Assembly (NCBI GenBank): GCA_964016885.1
Contig: OZ024743.1
Location: 88,474,001-88,538,000, forward strand
Source of the DNA: Eledone cirrhosa
Lineage: Eukaryota
Direction: 5' to 3'
DNA length: 64,000 nucleotides
Shown here: positions 11,785-23,214 of the stretch, piece by piece
Numbering within the stretch: position 1 is the stretch's first letter
Layout: the number at the start of each line of letters is the position of its first letter
Made by a program: the position numbers and the translations under genes
The notes under the pieces: generated by a model
Told to the model about the DNA's origin: nothing
The model's input: the letters and a program-made list of their open reading frames with translations, nothing else
Databases searched by the model: none

Positions 11785-13922
11785 CTGAAAGCAAACCTGC
11801 TGTTGGCGACAGACGAAGTCTGTGGCTGGAGCAGGCCTGTAGGCAGGAGGAGAGTAACATGGTGGTGGAACAGTAAGGTGGAGGGGTCAATTAAGGCCAA
11901 AAAGCAGGCTTGGAAAGTATGGCGGGATGGGGGAAGTAGAGAAGACTATCAAGTGGCCAGGAGGGAAGCTAGGAGACAAGTGTACTTAGCAAGAAGGGAA
12001 GCTGAGGAAAGAAAGTTCAAGCATGTTCTACAACGCGATGACCAAAAACGTGAGGTGTTCAGGATTGCTAGGCAATGCGTCAAGGAAAACCGTGATATTG
12101 TCGGGGAGAAGTGTGTACTAAACGACGATGGCACACTTGCCATCACCGACGCTGATAAGAAGGTAGCTTGGAAGTGTCACTATGAAAGGCTACTAAATGA
12201 GGAGAATAAATGGGAGAAAGACAGTCTCCCCCATATCGACCCAATAGAGGGACCAGCAGTGTTAGTCGAGGGGAGTATAATAAGTAAGGCAATCAAGGAT
12301 ATGAAGACGGGTAAGGCGGCTGGGCCTTCGGAAATAGTTGCTGAGATGCTGAAGGCATCTGGCACGGTGGGACACACCATGGTCACCCGCATAGTTAACC
12401 AAGTCGTACAGAATGGGGTTGTTCCGAAGGACTGGCATAGCAGCATCATCGTTAACTGTTATAAGGGTAAAGGAGACGCCCTAGATAGGAGTAACTATAG
12501 AGGCATTAAATTAATCGACCAGGTCATGAAGGTCACGGAAAAAGTAATAGCGCAACTAATCAGAGAGAGAATTGACCTAGATGAAATGCAGTTCGGGTTT
12601 GTGTCAGGCAAAAGTACCACAGACGCTCTTTTCATAGTACGACAACTACAGGAGAAGTACCTAGCTAAAGGTAAACCCCTCTACTTAGCTTTTGTCGACT
12701 TGGAGAAAGCCTTCGACAGAGTCCCCCGCTCCATTATCTGGTGGGCTCTTAGAAAACTAGGCATTGACGAATGGCTTGTGAGGGCTATACAAGCCATGTA
12801 TAAAGAAACAGTCAGCAAGGTTAGAATTAACAACGAATATAGTGAAGAGTTTAGCGTAAAAGTTGGCGTCCATCAGGGCTCTGTTCTCAGCCCACTACTA
12901 TTTATTATTGCCCTTCAGGCTATAACAGAGGAGTTCAAGACAGGCTGCCCATGGGAACTCCTATACGCAGACGACCTGACACTCATAGCGGAATCAATGG
13001 CCGAGCTAGAGAAGAAATTCCAAACATGGAAGCACGGCCTAGAGTCAAAAGGACTTAAAATTAACCTGGCTAAGACCAAAGTACTAGTTTGTAGGAAAGA
13101 AAACAAGGCGGCGGTCCCTTCTGGGAAATGGTCGTGCTCGGTGTGTAGGAAAGGCGTAGGTAGAAACTCCATTTTATGTCCTAAATGCAAAGTATGGGTG
13201 CATAAAAGATGTAGTGGGATCACAGGTAAGCTAACTAAGAACATAGATTTTACATGTGGCCGGTGCTCTGGTGCAATAAGTAGCAGCAAGTGCCCACAAA
13301 ATACTAGCTCTTTCAATTGCGCAGAGGGTTCTATAGAAATAGTGGACAGCTATTCCGTTACCTGGGCGATAAAATCAGCAGTGGGGGAGGGTGCTCTGAA
13401 AGTACTGTAGCTAGAGTCAGAACTGGTTGGAAAAAGTTCAGAGAGCTTATACCACTATTAGCTGCTAAAGGGTTCTCCCTAAAAATGAAAGGCAGGTTGT
13501 ACGATGCCTGCATACGAACAGCAATGCTGCATGGCAGTGAGACCTGGGCATTGTGTGCAGAGGATATACGCAGACTAGAGAGGAACGAAGCTTGCATGCT
13601 CCGCTGGATGTGTAACAGTAATATACGTGAACGGCAAAGCATAAACGAACTAAGGAAAAAATTAGAGATAAGAGGGATCAGATGTTGTTTACTCGAGAGA
13701 AGGCTACGTTGGTATGGACACGTGATGCGCATGAAAGTCGATAGCTGTATAACAAAGTGCAGGGCAATAAAGATAGACGGTAGTCACGGAATAGGCAGAC
13801 CTAGAAAAACCTGGGACGAGCTGATAAACTCCGACATCACACACTTACACCTCTCCAAGACAATGTCACTGGACCGAGACCTTTGGCGGTACTCAGTAAC
13901 AGAGAAGACCCGCCTTACCTAA
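11782..13922 (+). pseudogene. RTE ORF2 reverse transcriptase with inserted PHD-type finger, broken by a 2-bp insertion at 13351-13352
   Basis: ORFs 11722-13410 and 13317-13922 join if the extra 'ta' in gacagcTAttccgttac is removed; the copy at ~24690 reads gacagcttccgttac (DSFRYLG). Confidence 0.9.
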
Positions 13923-14085
13923 ATATATAGTAAAACCTACTCCAGCCAGTAGGCATCTCTAACAAAATACACCCCACCCCCAGGCTTTTCAGTTGTAACA
14001 ACTTCCCTGGTGTTGATGTCTCAAAAAGTGCACCCAGACGATATGCTAGCAGGAAAAATGGACATTAAACAATGATGATGATGAT
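11782..14085 (+). mobile_element. RTE-clade non-LTR retrotransposon, 5'-truncated (no endonuclease domain)
   Basis: RT motifs KAAGPS, YKGKGD..NYRGIKL, QFGF, AFVDLEKAFDRV, GVHQGSVLSP, YADD; C-terminal RLRWYGHVMR...GRPRKTW; 3' UTR ending in (ATG)n. Begins directly after a (TA)n run. Confidence 0.95.
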
Positions 14086-14526
14086 AACCATTCCTTTTCT
14101 ATATGACTCAACTCGATAAAATAATTTGAAATATTGTCCCAATGTAAATGACTACAATAGTCAATCATTATCAATAATAGTTAAGAAAATAGAGCAAAGT
14201 ATTGGAAATTGTTACTGTTCATTTTTTTTACCAAATCAAGGAATATTTTACTCAACGTATTCAGCTATTATCTATAGTTATTTGCAATGTGCTTTCACAT
14301 TGCATGGCACCTTAGGCAAAATGTCTTCTACTATAACCTCAGGTTGATCAATGCCTTGTGGGTGAATTTGGTAGTTGGAAACTGTAAGGAAGTCTGTCAG
14401 AGTTTATACATATGCACCCTCATATATATACACACACACACAAATAATGAATCAAAACATATCAAATATGTTTAGAATTTTGTGTTTCTCAATAAGAAAG
14501 CTGAATAGACATTATCTAGAGCCATA

Positions 14527-15123
14527 ATAACCAAATACAGAGATATATGTATATATAGAGAGAGAAAGAGCCATATATCGTAGAAGAAACACAGTATATT
14601 GGATATATACCAAATACATATTCTATAGAAGAATATGTACACAGTTGGAATCATAAAGGAAACCTTATAGCGCTATTTCATACCTGGAAAGTGTGGCTAA
14701 AAATCAATTTATGTAATCGATCATCGAGAAAAAAATCAATCAATATAATCGATCATCGAAGACAAACTATCGATTATGATTAAACCACATGAGACTCAGG
14801 TACTCATCAGAGGTTTAGTCTCACCATTCTAAGGGAAATATAGAACGAGTACCTGAGTCTCATGTGGTTTAATCATAATCGATAGTTTGTCTTCGATGAT
14901 CGATTATATTGATTGATTCTTTTCGATGATTGATTACATAAATCGATTTTTAGTCACACTTTCCAAGTATGAAATAGCGCTATAAGGTTTCCCTTACGAT
15001 TCCACCTTAATACATATTCTTCTATAGAATATGTATTTGGTATATATCCAATATACTGTGTTTCTTCTACGATATATGGCTCTTTCTCTCTATATATATA
15101 CATATATCTCTGTATTTGGTTAT
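14527..15123. mobile_element. Fold-back/MITE-like element with ~280-bp inverted arms and a 41-bp spacer
   Basis: 14527-14805 is the near-exact reverse complement of 14847-15123. Confidence 0.85.
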
Positions 15124-15224
15124 ATATAGTCTGCGGTGCCGGAACCGGGTAGGCCACAAATCATGGTAATACTCTAAACATGGAAAGAAAAAAGAGTCGG
15201 TACAGGAAGGTATAATCCCGACCT

Positions 15225-15238
15225 GCGACATCTAGTGG
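15225..15238 (-). promoter_or_regulatory. CTCF-like motif
   Basis: Minus strand CCACTAGATGTCGC, one mismatch from CCACTAGATGGCGC. Confidence 0.35.
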
Positions 15239-15346
15239 TTGCGGCTTGTATTCGACAATCCTTTACAAAGTGTGTGCGTGCGTGTATATATATATATATA
15301 TATATATATATTGCAAGCAGCAAACAGCCACAGGAAACAAGTACCA

Positions 15347-16192
15347 CCAATTAGCAGCGGAGGTGGGTGTTCAGAAAGTACAATAACTAGGGTAAGAACG
15401 GGATGGAAGAAGTTCAGGGAACTACTGCCACTGCTAGCTGCAAAAGGCTTCTCCCTCAAAATGAAAGGCAGACTGTATGATGCGTGTATATGAACAGCAA
15501 TGTTACATGGTAGTGAGACCTGGGCGCTGATTAGAAAGAAACGAAGCCTGCATGCTCCGATGGATGTGAAATAGTAATATATGTGAACGGCAAAGCATAA
15601 ATGAATTGAGAGAGAGACTGAGCATAAGAGGAATCAAATGCTGTGTGCAGGAGAGGCGGTTGCGTTGGTATGGACATGTGATGCGTATGAAGGATGACAG
15701 CTGCATAAAAAGGTGCAGAGCACTAGAAGTCAATGGAAACCGCGGAGTGGGAAGACCCAAGAAAACCTGGGGTGAGGTGATAAAAGCCGACCTTACCCAA
15801 TTACACCTCTCAAAGGCGATGACACACGACTGTGACCTCTGGCATCACGCAGTAATACAGAGTACTCGACCTCCCATGGGTACAAGCTGAAGCATATAGA
15901 CAATATGCCCCCACACCCTCCCACTGCAAAGTGGTCGTGGAGGTGCTACGGCAAAAAAGCACCCAGCCCACACTGTAGAGTGGACGTGTAGGTGCCACGG
16001 AAAAAAGCACCCAGCACTCACTGTAAATGAGGTTGGTGTTAGGAAGGGCATCCAGCTGTAGAAATCAAGCCAAAATCAGTTCCTGTATGAGCAAGGCATG
16101 GTCAGCCGACTGGAGACTGCCCACAATAGGACAACCCGTCTAACCCATGCTAGCATGGAAGAACGGACGTAAAACGGTGATGATGATGATGA

Positions 16193-16196
<4 letters not shown>
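15347..16196 (+). mobile_element. 5'-truncated RTE LINE, subfamily 2
   Basis: ISSGGGCSES...RLRWYGHVMR...; internal deletion and stops; complete 3' UTR and (ATG)n tail; nearly identical to 26978-27845. Confidence 0.92.
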
Positions 16197-16245
<49 letters not shown>

Positions 16246-17721
16246 TACACAAAGTGTGTACGAAAGAGTAGGCATAACACTTAACAGAAATAGATGTGTG
16301 TGTATATACAGATAGAATTTGTGCATAGACATAATTATTATGTCCACCTGGGTGTATATTACATTGTTTACAAATAATAATACTCTTGAATTAAAATACT
16401 ATCGCCAGTATTTCAGAATTTAATTATTGGTCATGTCTTTTTCTAACATAATTACTCAAGTTTCTATTTCCGATCAATTGACCAGTTAAAGTTAAAACGT
16501 GTCAGCCATACAATTTTACAATTATACCATTCGGAAATCAAAACGTTTATTGAAAATATTTTGATGAAGATAGATCTATTTATAGACATCTCTTACAGAT
16601 ACGAACTTAAAGATAAATTGTGAAAGCACTTATATAAGATCGATGTATTTGTAAGGTTTGTTATAAAAGTGACACCAGTAGTAGCCATATTATTAATGAT
16701 TCAATTATCTTGTGTACATATTTTTTATTATTTTGCTACTGGCGAACTGTGGGTGACTTTTGTCAGTTTTATTATTGCATTGTTGTTTTGAGTTTCTTAG
16801 TTCTTGGTCGTCCCCTCTTCCACGGTGTATAGCAATTTAGGGTTGCTATTATTTATTGCTAAACTATGAAATTATAACATATCCTATAGCTGAATGCGGT
16901 TCTAATTGTTTTTCTGTCTGTAATTTCTTCATTCATCTTAGAATGGCGCAGAGTCTAGGCGTGTAAAACAAAATGTTTTGCAGTATTTTTTCTCGGTTCT
17001 GTGTTCCTAGTTGAAACCCTGTTGTGGCCTACATGGGTGGTAGACATAATCTGTCATCCGGTTTTAACATCATCCCTGTCACTTTCATATTTTAGGCGGA
17101 GCATTCTCTGTTGTAAGCATTCGAACAAGGTCCCTAGTTTGGAGATGCCTTCTTGCTCCTCATTAGTCTCGGAAACACAGAAAAGAGTCACGAGCACTTA
17201 TCCCACCTTCTACACAGTTAATAAACACATTTTTCTGTTTTGCCTTGTTTTCGTTCATTGTCTTGTCTTTTTATTAATTTCCCAAGTTTATTATTACTAA
17301 TCTGTGACATACATGTTTTCTCCCCCCCCCCCCATACTATCAATGATATATATATATATATATATATATGAGACGTATAGAGATTGTTTTAGCAAGAAGC
17401 TAACGGCATTCTATAACATATATGCGACTATAACGTCAAGATGGGAAAAGTAGTTAACGTAAGATTTAGGAAAAATAACTCAAACTCATCTCAAAAGAGA
17501 ATCAGGATACAAATTCATCCACAGAATTTAGTAAAATCCATGGAAAAATCTATAGACCTTTAACTCATGATAAAACAAAGTTTGAAACACTTATCCTTCA
17601 ATTTGGAATAACATCAAATGCTCTGTATAGTCTTAAAAGACTATTTCATGAAAACTTTCAGTGGAGATGGTCACGGTTGGAATATCATTCATCAGCAGAG
17701 CTCAACAGATATATATATATA

Positions 17722-18463
17722 CAGGGTGTCCAAAAAAATTTGACATCATTTCGCAGGCCAATAATTTTGGCAATTCTTGTTGAAATAACCTCAAATTTTC
17801 ACAGAATGTATAGAAACAGATCAAGATTTTATATTTAATGTTTTATATTTTTATATTTTCAGGTTGAGAAATGCCGTTCACTTCCAAAGCAAAGTCATTT
17901 TGCGTCTTGGAATATGCTCGAACACAGTCACCCAAGACTGTGTAGCGTGCTTTCAATGCAAAAGTTGGAAAAAGTTACCAACTGGCAAACAAATTTGGAC
18001 CTGATACCAAAAATTTAAAGAGGAAGGCTGCTTATGCAGGGCTAAAGGATCTGGAAGACCATCATCAACATCAGAAGAGAAGGTCGAGCAAGTTCGTGAA
18101 AAACTCTAGCGAAGCCTCAAGAAGTCCGCAAGGAGAACAAGTTTGGAAACCCAGATTCCTCGAATGACGGTTTGGCGTATCCTGAGGATACTGTTTGCCA
18201 GTTGGTGACTTTTTTTCCAAATTTTGCATTGAAGGCACGCTGCACAATCTTGGGTGACTGTGTTCGAGCATATTCCAAGACGCAAAATGACTTTTCTTTG
18301 GAAGTGAACCGTATTTCTCAATCTGAAAGTATAAAAATATAAAACATTAAATATAAAATCTTGATCTGTTTCTATACATTCTGTGAAAATTTGAGGTTAT
18401 TTCAACAAGAATTGCCCAAATTATTGGCCTGCGAAATTATGTCAAATTTTTTGGGACACCCTG
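17722..18463 (+). mobile_element. Tc1/mariner-derived non-autonomous element with ~270-bp inverted arms
   Basis: TA|CAGGGTGTCC ... GGACACCCTG|TA. Disrupted transposase N-terminus from 17871: MPFTSKAKSFCVLEYARTQSPKTV...KFKEEGCLCRAKGSGRP...SARRTSLETQIPRMTVWRILR, resembling DUF4817-type HTH transposase starts. Confidence 0.9.
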
Positions 18464-18666
18464 TATATTGTTATATTTGGGGAGGGTCATATTGGTATAT
18501 TGTTATAACATTGCCATAAATAATAATAAAACACACTCACTGTTTAGTTTGGTTTGGATTGGTTTTCGCTTCTGTATATTTTATATCCCTATAGTTAATT
18601 TAGCTGGCAATCAATATTTATCACTGACTGACCAACAGTTAACAAATATAGATATGAATATATATA

Positions 18667-18718
18667 TAGTCTATCAAAGTTCTTTCATCACACACCTGTG
18701 ACATCATCAGTGGTACTA
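18667..18718 (-). ncRNA. Degenerate type I hammerhead motif
   Basis: Minus strand tacca-CTGATGA-t-gtcaca(ggtg)tgtgat-GAAA-gaac-tt-tgata: good stem II, imperfect stems I and III. Confidence 0.5.
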
Positions 18719-19729
18719 TTATGTTTTCTCCCGTTATATTGTAATGTCTATTCTATTATACACGCACACACGCAGACAGACCTCTCAACTCCCTCCATCC
18801 GACAGGAAGATCGCCCGCCCATGTTGGGGTGGCTGAGAGATGTCTTCTTTTGTGAAAATATGTATAGCTTTCATTATGTAAAATCTCCCCATTTTGCCTC
18901 ATTTCTCCCCATCTTGGGACCCTTTTATTCATGGTACTCCTCGTTTGGGTTTTTAGAGGTTGCGGTCTGTAAATACTATGGTGACTTTTTCAGGTAAGAT
19001 CCCCACTTGTAGAATTAAAATCTGTATACAATATTGTTCAATAAATAGTAGGGCAAAGCTCTTAACAACAAAAGGTTGTTTACAAGATTTAGAAAGAATA
19101 ATAATTATCATCTGTGAAATATTAATTACGTCCAAGCTTTTCAAAAATTAACTGTTCATTGTTGTTAACGAAACGGTAGGCGACATCACTCAATCAAAAA
19201 AGTATTTATAATAATATAATATTTATAAAGTTTAGATTAAATTACATGTTTAACGATTAAATATGTCATTTTTCTCTTTCAATAACTGAATTACAAAATA
19301 AGACACGAATTGTTTAATGATACTGAAATTTGATAGAGAAAAGTTCTGCTCAATAAGTGTGAAGCAGCAATACCATTAACTATAATTATCGTAGAATAGG
19401 AATATTTTCACATGCCAACATCGATAAAACACTTTAAACCAATTTGCTAAAGGGAAATGTAACGTTTAATCTCACAGTTTTATAGGAGTTTTCATTGCAG
19501 TCAACTCATAACTATAATTTTAATTATTGGCAACGCTAAATAATTTTACATACATATATACACACGTACGCGCGCGACACAGGCACATGTAAACAACATT
19601 TGTTTTATGTTGGATGGTTTGACTAATAGGTAGATCTAGTCATTCCGATTAGCAGATTGTGATGTAATTAGCATAAGCACTCGACGTATGCGTATCATCC
19701 ATCTGGTTGCTGCAGGAACGGAATTAAAT

Positions 19730-20155
19730 ATTTTAATGAAAATACAGGATTCTAATATAATCCTTTAATGTGGCACTATTAGACAATATGTATTTCTATG
19801 GCCAGCATACGACATCAGACTATGACGCAAGGCATTCAGTGATGTCATCAGATGTGATGAACATAAATGATTTAGTTCAGTAATCCCTACTGGGTTACAG
19901 CAAAATATAAACAAAGAATTGATGTGGAAGCGGTCCGGCTAGCGATGCGATCACTACGATTGACGGCCTCATAATCCAGTAGGGATTACTGAACTGAATG
20001 TTTTAAATGTTCTATGTTTATTACATCCGATAATGTTGCCGATTGTCTTGCATCATGATCTAATGACGTAAACCGGCCAGAGAAATGCGCATTGTTTAAC
20101 TGCCACATTAAAGGAATATATTGGAATCCGGCCTTCTTGTATTTTCATCGAAGTA
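19730..20155. mobile_element. Old, diverged fold-back element
   Basis: agttcagtaatccctactgg (~19875) pairs with ccagtagggattactgaact (~19976), and tcctttaatgtggca (~19761) pairs with tgccacattaaagga (20101). Confidence 0.75.
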
Positions 20156-20625
20156 TATATATAAACAGAACTATATCAATTTTTTATTTGTTTTATAATT
20201 AACTTCGCTTTAACTTTTCGTGGTTACTCTGTTTAAAATATTGATATTTTTTTTCACATGTTAGAAAATCTTAGTTACAGTAATTGAGTGACAATTTTAG
20301 AACATCCCCGCCTTCTTTTATATTTTTTCATAGTCAATAAAAAGTATATTGGCATTTTTATTTATTTATTGCTATTTACAATGAAATGATAGATTAAGAC
20401 ACTAGTTTCTTTTAGTGTGTTCTATGCAAGCACTTCCTTAATATTTCCTATACTTTTAAATTCTGTGGTGCAGCATTGTTTTAAAAATAAATCTAAAAAT
20501 ATATATTAAAATGTTAAATTATTATTATTCTTTTATTTTATTTATTTTATTATTTTATTTGTTTTATAGCAAAACGTAATGGCCACATACAGGTTTCACT
20601 TGCCAGAAACTTACATCTTTTGTTA

Positions 20626-21528
20626 TCTATATATATAAAACTGTGGTTGTCTGTCTGTCTATCGATTTTTGGCACACATCTCCTCTTAGAATCTCTCACG
20701 GAATTGCACCGAAATTGCTATACTTGTACATTGAGCCCTAGCGAAGACATCGGAAAAAAAAAATTTCAAATTGACCCACCCTATGTGACGAAATCGAATA
20801 TAATGTATCGATTTTTGAGCGTAAGTTATCAGTTATTTCCCTTTGTTCTGTTTACATTGAGCGTCTTACGTAAAAAATTACGCTGGCTTTCTCAGCGTTT
20901 AAAATGACATTAACAGTTGTCGAGCCAGCAAAATATTGACCTGCAAAATTCATCAGTTCGAACACTAAGCTTCCGTTTTGCTTCATTTCCATTTAAAAGC
21001 ATTTTAAAACAATATTTTTACTTGAAAACAAGTCTATTTAAAGACTACGTAAAACAAGCAAATATTTCGTCGTTAGGCGTGCAGACAGACAGTCGTGCAG
21101 AGAGGTGATATACGCGTGCAGACAGATAGTCGTGCAGAGAGGTGATATAGGCGTGCAGACAGATAGTCGTGCAGAGAGGTGATATAGGCGTGCAGAGAGG
21201 TGATATAGGCGTGCAGACAGACATAACTGATAATTTGGTTACGCTAATGTTTTTCTCTGCGTTGCAGTGTTTACATTTTCGATCTTTGTTAATAAATAAC
21301 CAGTGCAGTTTCTATCCCCAGCATCCTCTTTTGTTATAACATTCGGGTTATCGTTATGTTTTCTTAACTTCATAAGGCATATTGTTGGTTGAGGGAATAT
21401 TAATCAAAAACACCACATGCAAGTCTGCACAGTAGACACTACAGTTTTTAAGCCAAGAAAGAAACTTAACATTGTAACTTTAACACAGCTACTGAGCGAC
21501 CCCGAGCAACGCCGGGCTTTACTGCTAG
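20626..21528 (+). mobile_element. Non-autonomous Helitron
   Basis: A|TCTATATATATAAAA 5' end, subterminal hairpin CCCGAGCAACGCCGGG (21501-21516), CTAG|T 3' end, no TSD. Confidence 0.85.
21074..21223. repeat. 37-bp minisatellite inside the Helitron
   Basis: taggcgtgcagacagatagtcgtgcagagaggtgata three times plus partial units. Confidence 0.9.
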
Positions 21529-21851
21529 TATTGGATAAAAATGGAAATGTGCCTAACTTCAACGCCATTTTTCTGGATTAGCAGACTTAATCTCCTGGAA
21601 CGTCACATCTGGAATTGATGTTTTTTGAAACTTGCACTTAATTGGTCAGCTGAATCTCACTCTTCTGATTGGATGATTCAAATTTCTAACAGATTCTATG
21701 ACCAATCATTTGGATCAGTGATGCGCAACCGTTTTTCGTCTGAGGCTTAAAGATATATTTTTATTTTATATTTGTCGGTGGCCAATCTAAAAAGCCGACT
21801 ATTTAGAGTTATGACATTCTTCTGAAACTCAGTAAATAAATAAAAACACTC

Positions 21852-22190
21852 GGAGGCACATGGTTTAGTGGTTAGAGCATTGGCCTTGCAATCGAAAGGT
21901 TGTGAGTTCAATTCTCAGACCGGGTGATGTGTTGTTTCCTTGAGCAAGACACTTTATTTCACATCGCTCCAGTTTACTCAGCTGTAGAAATGAGATGATA
22001 GGGACTGGGGTCCCTATCATTCCACTGCAAAGTGGTCGTGGAGGTGCCACGGCAAAAAAGCACCCAGCACTCACTGTAAATGAGGTTGGTGTTAGGAAGG
22101 GCATCCAGCTGTAGAAATCAAGCCAGAATCAGTTCCCGTCCCACCCTTGCAAGCAGGGAAAAGGGACGTAAAATGAAATGATGCTGATGA
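21852..22190 (+). mobile_element. Full-length CORE-type SINE with RTE-derived 3' tail
   Basis: tRNA head (tggtttagtggttag, gagttcaattc), CORE-like ccttgagcaagacactt...cagtttactcagctgtagaaatg, tail identical to part of the RTE 3' UTR. Confidence 0.88.
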
Positions 22191-22281
22191 CTCGGCTAGA
22201 TCTCTATCTGAAAATTCAAAACTATGATATTATTTTGTTTGTGAGTGTGTGTGTATATATATGCATATATGTAAGTGTATG

Positions 22282-22363
<82 letters not shown>

Positions 22364-22898
22364 TGTGTGTGTGTGTGTGTGTAAGATTCCGACCGCGGCG
22401 TCAAACGATTTCGGCTTGTATGTTCAGCAAACCTTTTAAAGGAATTAGTGGTATTCCCGGTCTCAGAACCGCAGACTCTCTCTCCCTATATATAAAGTAT
22501 GCGCAGGGACATGGAAATACTCGGTTTGGTGCGTTTAGCCCACTGGGAGTGAAAGACTCTTAGTTCTTGTTAGGTCATTATTCTAGGAGAAGGAAAACTC
22601 TCATGTAAATCCTGCGACAGCCAATAATATTGACTTCTTCTTTTGGGGTACTTGTCACCGTTGTTCAGAGAGTGAGATTGGTCCAGTACATTGGATTTTC
22701 TTCGCTTAAAAAAGCTTCAAACGTGTGTTGCGTGAGCATGACCTGCTTTTTTCTTTCTTTCGCTGCAGCATATGCAGAAAGGATTCTAAGTTCTTGAAAG
22801 GGCTAACAAGTTATATTCGTGCAACCTATGTATGAGAAAAAGGTCAAGGGTGACAATTCTCGACACTGAAATATATATATGTATATATATATATATAT

Positions 22899-23178
22899 CA
22901 GTGGCGAAGGGTAATCTGGAAAGCAGGGTATGCAGTCCAATCGCCATGGCAGAAAGTGGGGCTGTGCAGCCATACACACCCCCTAATTCCCTCTAAACGA
23001 TCCTCCCGGTCAAAGCCGCATGTAGTGTTATCTAGTGTGTGTGTGTGTTATCTTTTTATGTGTCTACGATTTAGTAAGCAGCCAAAATTCTGCTTGCTTC
23101 AACCGACGCAATTGATCAACTCAAGATTCTATAACGCATGCACTGCATGCGTTGCATGCACGCACCCTTCGCCCCTTG
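22899..23178. mobile_element. MITE with CAGTGGCGAAGGGT-type terminal inverted repeats
   Basis: cagtggcgaagggt ... acccttcgccccttg, between (TA)n runs. Confidence 0.6.

Positions 23179-23200
<22 letters not shown>

Positions 23201-23214
<14 letters not shown>

Noticed and set aside
12915-13732. Antisense ORFs over RTE copies (also 24408-24980 and 26947-27483)
   Set aside because: Shadow frames of the LINE coding strand with no independent evidence.
14799-14812. CTGATGA on the minus strand at the palindrome loop
   Set aside because: No GAAA or stems in the required positions.
21852-21925. Possible tRNA gene (also 58298 and the Meta-SINE heads)
   Set aside because: A and B boxes are present, but there is no closing acceptor stem or terminator and the sequence runs into a SINE body.
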